Source: Tubulanus polymorphus (lineage: Eukaryota; Animalia; Nemertea). From it: a stretch of 64,000 nt of DNA. Below the pieces are notes generated by a model. That model saw only the letters and a program-made list of their open reading frames with translations. It was not told the origin of the DNA and ran no database searches. The stretch covers positions 9,370,655 to 9,434,654 of the forward strand of contig NC_134033.1 in assembly GCF_964204645.1 (NCBI RefSeq). Reading direction: 5' to 3'. Positions 14,171 to 27,280 of the stretch are shown piece by piece (position 1 is the first letter of the stretch; each line of letters begins with the position of its first letter). The translations under genes were made by a program, and so were the position numbers.

Positions 14171-15583
14171 AAACGAAAAAGAGATCTTGTCATCCGGGGC
14201 TTTAAAGTAACTAAAGTCATCAGGAATTAATAAAATACAAGTTTCATTTATGATGAAAATATTCAAATGAAAAGCTCTGGTTGATAAAGCTTGCTTAGAC
14301 GAATGCTAACAGCTTTTCAAAAGAAATCTTCATTGTCGCCTGAAGCAAGATTTCGTAGTAGCTAGAAATGTTTGTAATGTTGATTTCCTGTATGCGTTGG
14401 AGTTTATTAATGGGTGTCAGACAACAAACGATGTAGTAAGCAGGTTGTTGTTTGATGCTTTAATCTATCGGCGCTGACCATAAATCAGCCTGGTGTAAAA
14501 ATAATTATTTCTCGGTTCTTCTGCTGCGATATCTGGCGAACATTCAGAATCGATTTATAAAACTTAAGAATAGACGTAACCGTATTTGGTTGGGTCGGAA
14601 CAATGAGGTGTATTAACAATGTGGCTCGTGAAGGGATCTCGCTCTTACTTCATGATACTCCCGACTACTTTCTATGAAAATAAAAACGGAAGTATGGGGC
14701 GACATTGTTGTTTTGCTTTATCCCGTATTGTAATGAAATTAGTACAACAGTTATTGAATGATTTTGAGAATTGATCATAATGAAGTTCCGAATCATAAGT
14801 ACTTTTAATAATTGGAAAAAAAAGGAAAAACGAGCGATACCGTAATTTGAGACGAATACTAAAGTTTTGAAAATATATTTAATTTGAGTAATCTGGATGT
14901 TATATAAGAACAAAATGTTAATAATCGCTACATTTAAAGGAAAATTAATTTGTGTAAAATGTTGATACTAGCTCTCTAAAGTTTCTCTTGTTGTATACGT
15001 CTGTTGGTAATTCGCAAAGAATAGCTGTTCTCTCAACGATGAAAAGCAAGGAGTGAGTAAATCATTCCACGTCATGACAGGAGGGTTGGCAAAAGAAAAG
15101 TTAGTTTGGCAAATCAGTTTTCCAAATAATTAGAATAGCGAATCATTAAGGCTTACCTTTACATGACCAAAACAGTCATGACAGTTAGGTTGTTGCTCCT
15201 TGCCAAAAGTTGAGTGGGAGAGTCGGAATTTTAAGAATACCGATTCCTTCTATAAAAGGGGTGCGCAGTCTTGAAAGAAGAGAGATGGATTCGGAGGTTA
15301 TATTCAAGACCTCGTTTAAAGAGTTTCGTTCGGGAAGACGGTTACCAACAGGTGTGTAGGCTAGAATTCAAATTAGAGCTACGATCTGGATTGTGTTCTT
15401 CGCTGGACATTATAAAAGAACTTATTAAGGTAAATAGAACTCATTTTATTATTATTATTATCAATCAGAATTCCGGCACTTATACTTAGTTATTTGGGTT
15501 TGTGCACGGACACGTTCTCTCGCCAGGGACCTATCAACGCATTTATTAATCAACGACTAGGATTGTGACCGGTGTATCAATTG

Positions 15584-15700
15584 CGGTGTTGTCATATCGC
15601 AGAATGATGGAATCGCATAATTTTTTAAAAACACGTTATTTCTTTACTTTCACTCAATATAGTATCTGGGTTTTCCTGGGAAATAGACCAATCGATACAC
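15584..15700 (+). mobile_element. Solitary diverged TIR related to the 9-bp-TSD element at 54302-55404
   Basis: cggtgttgtcatatcgcagaatgatggaatcgc...gggttttcc aligns with cggtgttgtcatatcgcggaaagacggaatcgc...gggttttcc at 54302. Confidence 0.7.
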
Positions 15701-15784
15701 TAAGCTTCGAATCACGCTGTTTGTGGGATTCGAACCCACCAACCACACAATAATCTGAAATATTGTCAGGATTCATGAACCGTC

Positions 15785-16874
15785 GTGGGATTCAAACCCA
15801 CCACTGCAGGCGCGGGTGGCTCAGGGGAACGACCCGCTGTAAGCAACAACACTGTTCTGCAGGCCCTCTATGGCCTTCGCGAACAGGTGGACACAGCCAC
15901 GGCGTTCATGAATATCTCTATGCTCCCTAAATTTACGGGACGAGACGACCAGTGCGTCTCTGATTGGTTCAAAGGATTTGACCGTTTGGCCGATCTAAGG
16001 GGTTTCAACGAAACAGTGGTATTGGTTTTTGCCTGGCCCAGCCCTAGTCTTATTTAATGACCTTCGAAATGATCAGGGTATCGATGCGACCGGTAGAAAT
16101 ATTGCCACTCCCTGGGAGCATATTGTTCAAGCATTTTACCTTGAAAGCCTTGGTTAAGCAATCTACCTTAACGACTATGAGACAGTGGAGAGGCACAACC
16201 GGTAGATAGGTTTGCGTAGGAAATTGATCGATTAGCATCGAGTCTGAAATTCTCAGATCACCAGAAAAAAATTGTTATTGATCAATAACTCTCGGCCTGA
16301 CATTTCAGTCTACCTGTTGTCGCAGCGTCCAACGACTTTAAGGGATGCATGGGAAGCAGCCAGAATGGCTGAGCACATTGAACAACGAAAGGCTCTGTCT
16401 TCTCCCAAGATATCGCAAATTAGGACCGAAACAGATAAAGCGATATGTGACGTCATGGGTGAGCTACGGGATATGTTCCGCCAAATCATGGACACTCAAA
16501 ACTTGGCCCTTACTCAACTGAACGGCAGAGGGACTAATTATAGTGAAAGCCGCCCATCAGAAAGGTCACAGGATGGTCAGGTAGTGTGCTACCAATGTCA
16601 CGCGCCCGGTCATTACGCCCGGAATTGTCCAACTCGGCGTTATGACCAACAAAGATCGCGCAATTCACCAAGACGGGACACATTTCAGCGCGATAATAGC
16701 CGTCCCCGATATTTTTGTAGGGATCAGTTTCGTTCACAGAGTGATGGGCGAGAACCCCAAGGGGTTAACCGAACATTTAATCAGGGAAACGACCAGAGAC
16801 CTCATGCTAAGGACCGACAAGGGTGGGGTCGCACAATGAATGGTAAACTGAGCCCTCGCCAGATTCGGCAATAA
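15785..16874 (+). pseudogene. gag: Ty3/Gypsy-type LTR retrotransposon gag, frameshifted
   Basis: LPKFTGRDDQCVSDWFKGFDRLA (capsid N-terminus), QRPTTLRDAWEAARMAE, and a CCHC knuckle CYQCHAPGHYARNC followed by an Arg-rich tail. Confidence 0.85.
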
Positions 16875-16877
16875 GGA

Positions 16878-17591
16878 GTGATTTTTGGTGGTGATATTCG
16901 GGTTAGATATGACAACGTCATTCCGGCAATTGACAATTATATTCTTTATTATGATGAATTTTTTGAGGACAATAGGGAAAATATATTTGACATGTCATTT
17001 GATCAAGGCGACATGTTAGCTGATTCAGTTGACGATTATTTTGAATACGAGGAAAACGGTACTGCGTATTACCTTCATGACGATGAGTCTTTAGATTTAG
17101 ATAGGTTTTTCGGCCATCACACACGTTCATGGGTCGCCGATGACGTTTATGACATTCAAGATCGTAACTTTGGGGACAGCTGGAGGGACAATTCCCAGTT
17201 GTCGTTAGGTGAAAATTTTCATATCGATCGGGGATCAAATTTTGAGGACATCTGGAGGGACAATTCCCAGTTGTCGGCTACTAACGAGCAAATAAAAAAA
17301 AGGAGGGTCACGTTTAGCGATCCGGTTGAATTGCAGGACGTACGTGCTGATATGGCGTGCTCGGGTGACAATATTAGTATTGATAGGTCACACCCTAGAG
17401 GGGTTAATGGTCCGACGGATTCGGCAGAAGATGACCTTTTGAGAGATAGGAAGTCTCATTTAGATTGTCACGAAGGCGCTTTTGATCGGTATAGGTACCC
17501 AGCAACCCCCGAATCAGCAATACAATGTGGTATTGTGTCATCAGGTTCAAGTAGTAGTAATAATTCACGATCGGAATGTCTTAATGATTAG
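16878..17591 (+). CDS. Acidic ORF of unknown function, in frame with gag after a single TAA
   Basis: 237 codons open, D/E/Y/F-rich, with an internal repeat FGDSWRDNSQLS/FEDIWRDNSQLS at 72-bp spacing. No protease motif seen. Confidence 0.4.
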   Translation: MIFGGDIRVRYDNVIPAIDNYILYYDEFFEDNRENIFDMSFDQGDMLADSVDDYFEYEENGTAYYLHDDESLDLDRFFGHHTRSWVADDVYDIQDRNFGDSWRDNSQLSLGENFHIDRGSNFEDIWRDNSQLSATNEQIKKRRVTFSDPVELQDVRADMACSGDNISIDRSHPRGVNGPTDSAEDDLLRDRKSHLDCHEGAFDRYRYPATPESAIQCGIVSSGSSSSNNSRSECLND

Positions 17592-18249
17592 AGTAATATG
17601 GAAACTATTTTGTCAAACTATTTTACTATATTGATTCCTGAAAAACACTGAAATCCTGGCGATAAGGCAGCACTTCTTGAAAAGGCAGGCACAGAGTTCC
17701 TACCCTACATATACAGAATTTTCCGGAATTTTTTGTGTGGTATTATTTCAATGGCCCATGCCTGCTTCGCTGGGATATTCATGCAGATAAGAGTACTTTG
17801 TATAGCATTCAGCATATGCATCCAATTGCTTTATTTGCTGTCCTTCAAGTTCAGCACATGCAGTAAAAACCCAATTCTGAGTCTGGGGTTCCAAGATGAT
17901 TAAGTAAAAAGGTTTTGCACGGCCAAGCGGGGCATACCAAAACTTCGAAAAGAATGGGAGAACTTGTACGTAAATCGAGGGGTTAGATATTTGATACCAC
18001 TACTATACGTACACACTTTATAGATGATCTGAAAGGCTTACATTGTCATTTAACAGGTCTCTTACCTTTCATCATGAATTATTCATTTCAGACCAGGCGA
18101 AAAAGAAAATGGCCTTTATGTATGTGAGAAGTGTCAGATATTACAAAGAAAAATCAATGACTAAATGAAAAGTTGCGAAACGCTGAACATGTTTTATGAG
18201 ACGTATGCAAGTCTCCATCTGCTCTTCTGGCTGTACAGAACTCGAACCG

Positions 18250-20350
18250 ATCTACTCACTGACGAGTTTGATTTTACAGCAGAAAAAAACTGTGTATAAG
18301 GTGGAACGATTTGTTAAATCATTGGATTCAGGAGTAAGTGTCGTTCCTGAACAAACTTCCAATAAATTCATTTGTGAATCTGCAAAGTTAGTTTTGCCGA
18401 GGTTCGATGGAAATATACTGCACTGGCAAATTTCTGGGACACTTACGAGTCGTCGATTCATAATAATCATCGTCTATCGGATGTCAATAATTTGCCTATC
18501 TAAAGGGTCAGCTTTCCGGCGAGGCTCTTTCATGCATATCAGGAATAACTGTGACCAATAGTAATTATTCCAGGGCTGTATCTGTTCTAAAAGATCGCTT
18601 CGGACAAGACTTTAAGTTGACTAATGCGTATATGAAAGCTTTGCTGAATATAGCGAAACCGGAAAATAAAACTATATTGTTACGTAAATTCTACGATGAA
18701 ATACAGAATTATGTCAGGTCATTGGAATCGTTAGGTAAACCAGGGAAGTGTGATGATCTCATCACATTTATGACACAGGAATTGGCCGATTTACTTGAAA
18801 TTAAAGCCGATGGCTAAGAATCGCTTTCGATTGCAGCATTCAATAAGGATCCGGAATTTAGGACATTTAAGCGTGCTAATGTGAAATTAGTTACTGATAC
18901 TGGACAGAACATTCCGCTTACGGTATTAATCGTGCCTAGTATATCCGCACCTATCCGTAATCATGTCGTTACCGAGATTACGAACTTTGATCATCTACGC
19001 AACATTAAACTAGCGCACCCGTTAAATGACAATGACAATTTCAGCGTTCAGTTATTATATATAACCTTTATCGTCAAAGTATTACAACTTTTATGACAAA
19101 ATTAACATAATATCATAATTAATCGGAGACAGACAGTTAGGGTTCTCCAAATCATGTAGGTTGAAATCAATTTACAAGAGAATAATTAAATGATATGGAG
19201 AACTTACAACACAAAATGGAAATGGCGAGTAAATCACTACATATACTTGAAGATCCAAACAGTTAGCGTTCAAGACGAGGTATTCAGTTACTTATCTAGT
19301 TTCTCGGACCAATGCCCCATTATTAATAGGCGCTGATCATTATTGGGAAATAGTAGATGGTGACATCATACGCGGTAATGGACCCGTAGCTATCAAATCT
19401 AAGATTGGTTACTTGTTATCGGGGCCAATTTCGATAAAACATAGAACAGACTCAGTATCGCAATTTATGATTGCAGCAGATGATGCTCCAGATGTTATAA
19501 CGCGTTTGTGGTCAATAGAAACACTTGGTAAAGAACACCCAGACACTGTGAAAAGACGTGAAATAAATCTACAGGATTATATTGACTCTATAACGTTTGA
19601 TGGTGAGCATTATGTAGCACCATTACCGTGGAAATTGGAACATTGTTCATTACGACATTATACGCGATCAAAAGATGCCGGATTTATCGAAGAGGTTCCA
19701 CTTGACGAATATGAGTTACCTTCTGGTTCATGTCACTATCTCGCACATCACCCGGCTACAACACCTGTCAGGATAGTATATGACTGTAGTTGTCGAGAAA
19801 CGAAAAACTCAGCCAGCTTGAATGATTGTCTGGAAACGGGCCCTGCACTACAGAATGACATTATTTCTATATTGTTGCGTTTTCGTCTGAAAAATGTCGC
19901 GAAAAACACAGCCAGCTTGAATGATTGTCTGGAAACGGGCCCTGCACTACAGAATGACATTATTTCTATATTGTTGCGTTTTCGTCTGAAAAATGTCGCG
20001 ATATTGGCCGATATAGAAAAGGCCTTTTTGCAAATTCGATTGAAAACACCCGATAGTGACTTTACTAGATTTCTATGGATTACAGATGTGAATGATCCAT
20101 CGAAAGGATTCAAACTCTATCGCTTTAAAGTTGTGTTATTCGGTGCTCGCAGTAAAATCCGAAGCTAAATCCGAAAATGTTTCTTCAGATGTACCTATCG
20201 CAAAAAACCTTGGACTGGAGTGGACTGTATCTGTCGATGAAATCGGTCTTCAGCGCGTGTTTATACCGGATAATGACGTCATTACTAAACGAGATGTTTT
20301 ACGTCACTCATCGCGTGTGTTCGATCAACTTGGATTCGTCGCTCTCGAGT
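18250..20350 (+). pseudogene. BEL/Pao LTR retrotransposon gag-pol relic with internal deletions
   Basis: LPRFDGNILHWQ (DUF1759-type gag), LAHP...LLIGADHYW, RIVYDCS, SLNDCLETGPALQNDI, ADIEKAFLQI, TRFLW, YRFKVVLFGA, LGLEW and TKRDVL...FDQLG. Contains a 99-bp tandem duplication at 19801-19998. Confidence 0.92.
19058..19319. mobile_element. 262-bp insertion in the BEL element with 6-bp TSD TTATTA
   Basis: ttatta occurs at 19052-19057 and 19320-19325. Removing the insert restores FSVQ-LLIGADHYW. Confidence 0.7.
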
Positions 20351-20495
20351 GTGTGTTTATTCAGGAAAGGGATGCGTATCACCCACATACCCTTGAGAGA
20401 GCCTTGGTTGAGAGCAACAACGAAATAGCAGGGGTATTGGTTCAAATGACGCCGATTCATGTTGTAGAATCAACTGGTCATAAGATATCAGCAGA

Positions 20496-20846
20496 TGAAG
20501 AAAACAACACAGTAATAACTACAGTCGAGAATTTGGACGAAAGCAAAGAAAACAACAACACAGTAATAACTACAGTCGAGAATTTGGACGAAAGCAAAGA
20601 AAACAACAACACAGTAATAACTACAGTCGAGAATTTGGACGAAAGCAAAGAAAACAACAACACAGTAATAACTACAGTCGAGAATTTGGACGAAAGCAAA
20701 GAAAAAAACAACACAGTAATAACTACAGTCGAGAATTTGGACGAAAGCAAAGAAAACAACAACACAGTAATAACTACAGTCGAGAATTTGGACGAAAGCA
20801 AAGAAGAAAACAACACAGTAAAAACTTCAGTCGAGAATGTGGATGA
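20496..20846. repeat. 51-bp minisatellite, about 7 copies
   Basis: Unit aaagaaaacaacaacacagtaataactacagtcgagaatttggacgaaagc, which reads as KENNNTVITTVENLDES. Confidence 0.95.
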
Positions 20847-21145
20847 CAGAATTTTTACCGATTTACATGATGCCCAGGATCTAGGTAAGAAAGTTCTCAT
20901 ACCCGTACTCTAATGATGCATAGTTTTGTAGAAAGAGATGAAAATTCTCTAATTACTACGCATCTGTTATTTATATACATATTTATCATTAGTATTTATC
21001 TTATATTTACAGGTTTCGATGCACTTGCTATCAATTCGCCAATAAAACTCCGAGCGAAAAAACTTAAACCAGAAGGTAATGAATGATAACTGAAGAATAT
21101 GTCACTTAACATAGATTGAATTATATATTTTATTAAAATTAAATT

Positions 21146-21296
21146 AAATTCGCCGCAATATCGAAATATCGAATGTCTATAATCGCCACAATATCGAAAT
21201 TCGCCACAATATCGAAATTCGTCACAATATCGAAATTTGTCACAATATCGAAATTCGTCACAATGTCGAAATTCGTCACAATGTCGAAATTCGCCG
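21146..21296. repeat. 18-bp tandem repeat, about 8 copies
   Basis: Unit aaattcg(c/t)cacaat(a/g)tcg. Confidence 0.9.
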
Positions 21297-21579
21297 TCCA
21301 AGTACGTTTAGGGAATGTGATGATTCACACTCTCGTGGGAATTGCTCTAATACCTATAGGCACTACAAGGTTCTCATCATAAATGTTTTCCAGCAACGAT
21401 TTTGTGACTGATTGAGGGAGAGCCGATGGAATGCTGTGCAATATCTTTAAATCCTGCATCACAGTTTGGTAGCCATATTTTAACACAGCGTGCTCTATTG
21501 TCATTGCTTCCAACAACTTCAACTCTCTAATGAGATTAGAGACCTATAATAAAAAAATAAAATCATTCAAAATTTAAAC

Positions 21580-22388
21580 AAATAAAATTTATCCAAAGGT
21601 TAATTAAACAGGAGTAGATTTATTTTTCTTGGACAGGTGTCTCATTGAGATACTGATATCACAATACTTAGTATCACAAATTGTTTTCCTGTATCTCAAA
21701 TTTGTGGGCGGGGGGGGGGATTGTATGGGGGTACCCCTAGGATCGTTTTAGTTATCTTTTTTTATGCAGTGCAAATAAATCATTGTTTTTATATCAACTT
21801 TACACTGTTTAGCTCATTTGAATCAGAGAAAAGACAGGGGCAGATCCAGACGCGGATCCGTACGCGGCGCGCCCCTATTTTTTGCCAGAAAAAATCGCAT
21901 AATGTTGTTAAAAAATCCTCTTGGTTGAGCTCGGATTCTGTATTCCTGACTCGCCATCGCGCTTCCAATCATTGTATCATTATCTAAGTATCTTTGTCAC
22001 AGGGATATTATTGGTTTTGCAGCAGCGCGTCCGCGTGAACTGTCCGTGTACACGCAGTGGCGGATCCAGATGAAATAAAATTTATCCAAAGGTTAATTAA
22101 ACAGGAGTAGATTTATTTTTCTTGGACAGGTGTCTCATTAAGATACTGATATCACAATACTTAGTATCACAAATTGTTTTCCTGTATCTCAAATTTGTGG
22201 GCGGGGGGGGATTGTATGGGGGTACCCCTAGGATCGTTTTAGTTATCTTTTTTTATGCAGTGCAAATAAATCATTGTTTTTATATCAACTTTACACTGTT
22301 TAGCTCATTTGAATCAGAGAAAAGACAGGGGCAGATCCAGACGGGGCGTACGCGGCGCGCCCCTATTTTTTGCCAGAAAAAATCGCAA
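21580..22388. repeat. Local direct duplication of about 320 bp (21580-21898 and 22073-22388)
   Basis: Near-identical from aaataaaatttatccaaagg to gccagaaaaaatcgca. Confidence 0.9.
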
Positions 22389-23944
22389 TTGGTGTAATCT
22401 ACCACTACTTTTGGCCGTGTGCGAACTACCATTGGGATCAGTAAAAGTAACTGAAAATGCGTCTGTCATGTTTGAAATGATCGTTACTGTGGTGTCATGG
22501 CCTATACTTTCATCGATCATCCGTTCTCGCGTTTGTTTATTATTGTCTGCGGACGTTCGAAGTTGAAAGCGGTGAGTTTTAAGTTCAAATTCATACTTAA
22601 AATCAATGTTTCTTATTATATATTTATCAATTACTCGTTCTTAAGGTCCGTGGGAACCATGTGGTATATGATATCCATCACCAAACTTGTTATAATTCAT
22701 GATTTGATGCTTGAAACAACTCGTGGACCGGCCCAACTGTCAAAATGCTAAAGAGGCAAGTGCCCGTGACGTCAGATAATTTATGCGCAAGAAGGGCGAT
22801 GTGAAATGTTAACATTTGGAGGAACCATCTCACCATTTAGTTTCACTACGTGTCGGAGTTAGTTTTCGCGCAGTGTTTGATTTCACCCGCGGCAATTAAA
22901 TAGGCCTGCTGAGCTTGCGTCAGTTTTCGCGCAGTACCGGTAATGTAAAACATTCTGTGATACGGTATTAGTTTTCACGGGTTATAAACTATATTTATCC
23001 ACCAATGAAATATTTGAAAAATATAATTCAATATTTAATATGATTATCGAGCTCACGCATTATTAATAAATTATCGAAATGTTTTACATTTTGTCTTTTT
23101 CCTCATCATTTTTTCTGTATATTTGGATAGTTGTCCCTTCCAATTCTTTTCTCAGAAATAAAAACTAGATAATTTTATTCGTAGGCCTAAATGTCAAAAA
23201 CAAGACCAAAATGTAAATAATAATGAAAGCTTCATTTTCAGATAAATACAGATTTCCGTGTACAGCGTACAAACAGGCCATTATTATTTTCATTCTCGAA
23301 CAATTTAAGGTATACCGCAATGAGAGTATATTTTTTCATTCAATTTCTCATCCAAACTGTTTGATTCTTTCAATTTTCCACCGAGTCATTAAACATTTTT
23401 CTTTATTAGATTTAATTTTCAACAACTAGTTACAACAAAATCAAGGTATGGAACTGTGAAAGAATGAATTATATTCAAATGACTGAAAGGACTGAATTAA
23501 AAATCGTTTTTCATTTTTCGTGATGATTCGTTCGCAGAATAATACGTAAGACCATGATAAATTAGATTTAATTTTCGTATTTTCATATTTTCTTTTTTAC
23601 TCAAATTGTTAAGTGATCTTAAATGAAGTTACTCATATAATTTTAAGCTGCAACTTCAGCTGATATTCTAGGCAATTCACATGAGTTGGTCACTTAATGA
23701 TATATTCTAAAGGAGTTATCACTTATTCATCACTAAAGTTACAAATCTTACTTTAACTTGTATTGAATATCAGGCTTAAATTATCAAGACACAGCGTCCT
23801 TTTAACACGGTTTTAGGCACGGATATCCTTTTGTAGACATGAGCTTTAGTTTTGTTGTTTGAAAATTGAATCTGAACATATTTTCAATAACGACATCTAC
23901 GTGAATATTTTTTCATGTACCAATTAAAAAGTTTTAAATTCTAG

Positions 23945-25810
23945 GAAAAAACGTGGTCCATATAGGCGGTCATATTCAGTCGATGCCTTAAAAAAGCGCT
24001 ATCACTAGCTACATCAGGAAACAGCATAAGAGCTTCAGCACGTGTTTATGGCATCCCAGAGGCCACATTACGAGACAAATTGGCAGAAAGGTCTGTTGTC
24101 GGAGCCAAGAGTGGCCCACAGCCCATACTTGGCTTAGAGATTGAGGAACAGTTAACAACATGGGTAGAGAATATGGCAAAAATTGGTTATGGGCGAACAA
24201 AACAAGAATTATTAGATACAGTTCAGCGATGCCTCAACAAAGACGAAATGCAGACCCCATTTAAAGAAAATAGACCTGGCAAAGATTGGTTTTATTTATT
24301 CATGAAACGCCATCCGCACCTTGTAATTAAATCTACAGAAAATCTGTCGATGCCTAGGGCTCTATGTACGTCAGTAGATATCATCAGTACATGGTTTGCA
24401 AATTTTGAGAGAGAGATAACGAACCTGGATGGTGGAGAAGAATTGCTAAAGGATGGGTCTCGGATATATAATTTCGATGAAAGCGGTGTTTCTCTCTGCC
24501 CAAAATCCGGCAATGTCATTGGTATAAGAGGAAAGCCACTGTATAGCATCGTGAACGAGAATAGAACTCAGATTACTCTGGGTGCCTGTGTCAATGCAGT
24601 TGGATCTGTCATACCACCTATGCTTATATTTCCTGGTCAACGATTTCGATATAATCCAATTCTTGGTGCACCTCCTGGAACTTATTTCGGTTGTAGTGAG
24701 AACTGGTGAATTAATAATCCTCTTTTTTTATGGATGGATAGCCAATCATTTTGTTGCTAACATTCCGAAAAAGAGGCCAATATTGCTTCTTCTTGATGGC
24801 CATTCATCTCACATTGACCTTGAGATCAGTAAGTTGTGTAGGAATGAGGGGATTTACCTTCATTGTTTCCCACCACATGCCAGTCATATCATTCAGCCAC
24901 TTGATGTTAGTTTCTTTAAGCCATTTAAAACAGCATGGAAAAAACATGTTAAGATTTTCCGGGATTCTAAGAATGGACAGCAAGTGACCAAACAGTCATT
25001 TTCTTCCGTAATTAACAATGCCTGGTTTGAAGCCCTAAAACCTTCAAATGTTACCAATGGCTTCCGTGCCACTGGTATATATCCACTTAATGCGCATGCT
25101 ATCAAAGGAGAAAAGCTAGCCCCTTCCACGTCATGGGACGATGCTGCCTCAGCAACTATACAACTTAAGGCAAGGTCTCCACATAAAATTCTAAATGACC
25201 CACCAGAGGTAACCGCCTTGAGAATGTTTGAGGACGCACTATCTCCAGAAAAGGTCAATATTTACAATACGAGATTGGTTGAGGGATTTCACCTTTTAAA
25301 CGATGCCGTCTACGATATTTGGAAAACACAAGAAAAAGCTAATGCTGTTTTGACAGAAAACTTGAATCCACCATCGGTGGATCAGCGAACCATTGACAGC
25401 GATCGAGAACCTTCCTCATCAACTAACGAAAATATTAAGAGTTCGTCATCATTTGATGAAACACTCAAATATCCAAAATTAGGAAAACGATTCAAAAACG
25501 ATGACAAAAGAAAACTAGGGCTGACTTTCCATCTAAGCATCTTACTGGGGATCAAATGATGGCATTTTTCAACAGGAAGACTGACAGAGCAGACACAAAG
25601 AGGAAAACAGCAAAGAAAGGAATAGATGAGAACGTCTGCCAAAAATGCAGACAGAATTTCACAGCGGAATCAATTGAAGGAGGCGAGTGTGTTGGCTGTG
25701 ACCACTGTCCTAGGTGGTTTCACAAAAAGTGCACGGATATTGGTTGTGACGAAGGCAACGAAAATGAATCGATTGATGACCTCGACTTCTGGTGCACATT
25801 TTGCATATGA
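23945..25810 (+). pseudogene. pogo transposase: HTH-psq, CENP-B HTH, DDE_1 (DD35D) and C-terminal PHD finger; about 3 frameshifts
   Basis: SIRASARVYGIPEATLRDKL, PFKENRPGKDWFYLFMKRHP, YNFDESG, LLLLDGHSSH-QPLDVS (35 residues between the 2nd and 3rd Asp), and PHD C-x2-C...CDHCPRWFHKKC...WCTFC. Preceded by a splice acceptor ttctag. Confidence 0.93.
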
Positions 25811-25821
25811 TTTTTTTTTGT

Positions 25822-26140
25822 AATGTAACATACATGAAATGTTCATGATGTTACGTTTCTCTTTTCCTCTCATACATTTCATGGCATCGTTTGTTAAACA
25901 TACATGAAATGTTCATGATGTTACGTTTCTCTTTTCCTCTCATATGGCATCGTTTGTTAAACATACATGAAATGTTCATGATGTTACGTTTCTCTTTTCT
26001 TCTCATATGGCATCGTTTGTTAAACATACATGAAATGTTCATGATGTTACGTTTCTCTTTTCCTCCCATATGGCATCGTTTGCTAAACATACATGAAATG
26101 TTCATGATGTTACATTTCTCTTTTCCTTTCATACATAGAT
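25822..26140. repeat. 63-bp minisatellite, about 5 copies
   Basis: Unit gttaaacatacatgaaatgttcatgatgttacgtttctcttttcctctcatatggcatcgttt. Confidence 0.95.
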
Positions 26141-26210
26141 GGCAAAAGCTGATTCTCACATATAATGTTTTCGAGAATTAACTGCACATTTCTTTCATTT
26201 CAGCTGTAAA

Positions 26211-26756
26211 GTGAATGTAATCATTTATGGAGACAGTTTCGTCGAACGGTTGAGGAAAATATGGGATTTCAGCCACCCAGAAATATGTGCAAACTTGGCT
26301 GGCTACGGAGGTGCAAAAATACCTGATATTGACAATCAAATAATGGCGCTGCATAGAAACAAATATGAGCTTGTAATTATTTCTGTGGGAGGGAATGATT
26401 TAGATAGCCACTGTGTTGTAGAAAAGAGCATTGCAGCATATGACTGCATGATTCAAAAGTCAACCACCAGACATTATACCACCGATTTTGTTTGCCTCCC
26501 ACTGTACAAACGCGCCAACACCAGGAATTGCAATGAGGTCGAGTACAACAAAAAAATAGATAATTTCAACGGGTACATGTTTGACGAATTGGATGGACCA
26601 GCAGTAAAAGTATGGAAATGTAACAATCTCGGTTGTCGAAATGGTGCTTGGCCTACAAGACTGCTTCAGGACGGGGTTCATTTTAATGCAAATGCGAACA
26701 ATAAATTTAAAAACCATGTCCGTCAAATCATTATGAACAAATGGTATAATCTTTAA
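26211..26756 (+). CDS. SGNH/GDSL hydrolase-domain protein (probably a terminal exon)
   Basis: All four blocks are present: IIYGDSFV, GYGGA, VGGNDL and DGVHF. Open frame of 181 codons, with a polypyrimidine tract and CAG acceptor at 26185-26203. Confidence 0.85.
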   Translation: MNVIIYGDSFVERLRKIWDFSHPEICANLAGYGGAKIPDIDNQIMALHRNKYELVIISVGGNDLDSHCVVEKSIAAYDCMIQKSTTRHYTTDFVCLPLYKRANTRNCNEVEYNKKIDNFNGYMFDELDGPAVKVWKCNNLGCRNGAWPTRLLQDGVHFNANANNKFKNHVRQIIMNKWYNL

Positions 26757-27280
26757 AAGCGTCCACATTCTGTAAACCTGTGCGGTTCACGTACAATGTG
26801 TACGGAACCTGCGCTATAATACGTCATAGATTTTGTAAAATTTTGAATGTTTGATTTTTGTTAATTTACTTTACCAACTAAAACTATCTATTTATTACAT
26901 AAATGAATAAACATCGTTTCAATTTCACATAAATCCTTTATATTCGATGATTATTTGTCGTGAAACTTTTCGTTATCGCTGAAAAGTAGCGCTACTAATA
27001 GCTATATTCGCTATTTATATTTTTCTCCGCGACTCCTAGTAGATCCAAAAAAATGTTATGTTGTTTTTCTTCAGAACGACAGAAAGATTCGTTATTTTTC
27101 GGAAAATCGCTATTTTTGATTGGTTCTAGTTCTCGCTCAAATTTATTCGTCCGAACGTCAGAAAATATTATTGTTCATTTATTGGTTTAACTTTATTTAA
27201 ATGCTTGAAACCAATTAGCCTTGATTACTTAAAATACTTAACATACCTTTCTTTTGTAGTATCAAAAACATATTTATCAG

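Noticed and set aside
13905-14266. Overlapping ORFs in several frames (also 25851-26181, 34316-34747, 42747-43312 and 58629-58883)
   Set aside because: By-products of low-complexity or palindromic repeats, with no protein motifs.
14990-15500. 5' LTR of the Gypsy element (TATA-like tataaaagggg at about 15251)
   Set aside because: No second LTR, clear TG...CA ends or primer-binding site identified.
20496-20846. CRISPR-like appearance of the regular repeats (also 21146-21296, 25822-26140 and 53445-54120)
   Set aside because: The units are head-to-tail with no unique spacers, there are no cas genes, and the context is eukaryotic. These are minisatellites.
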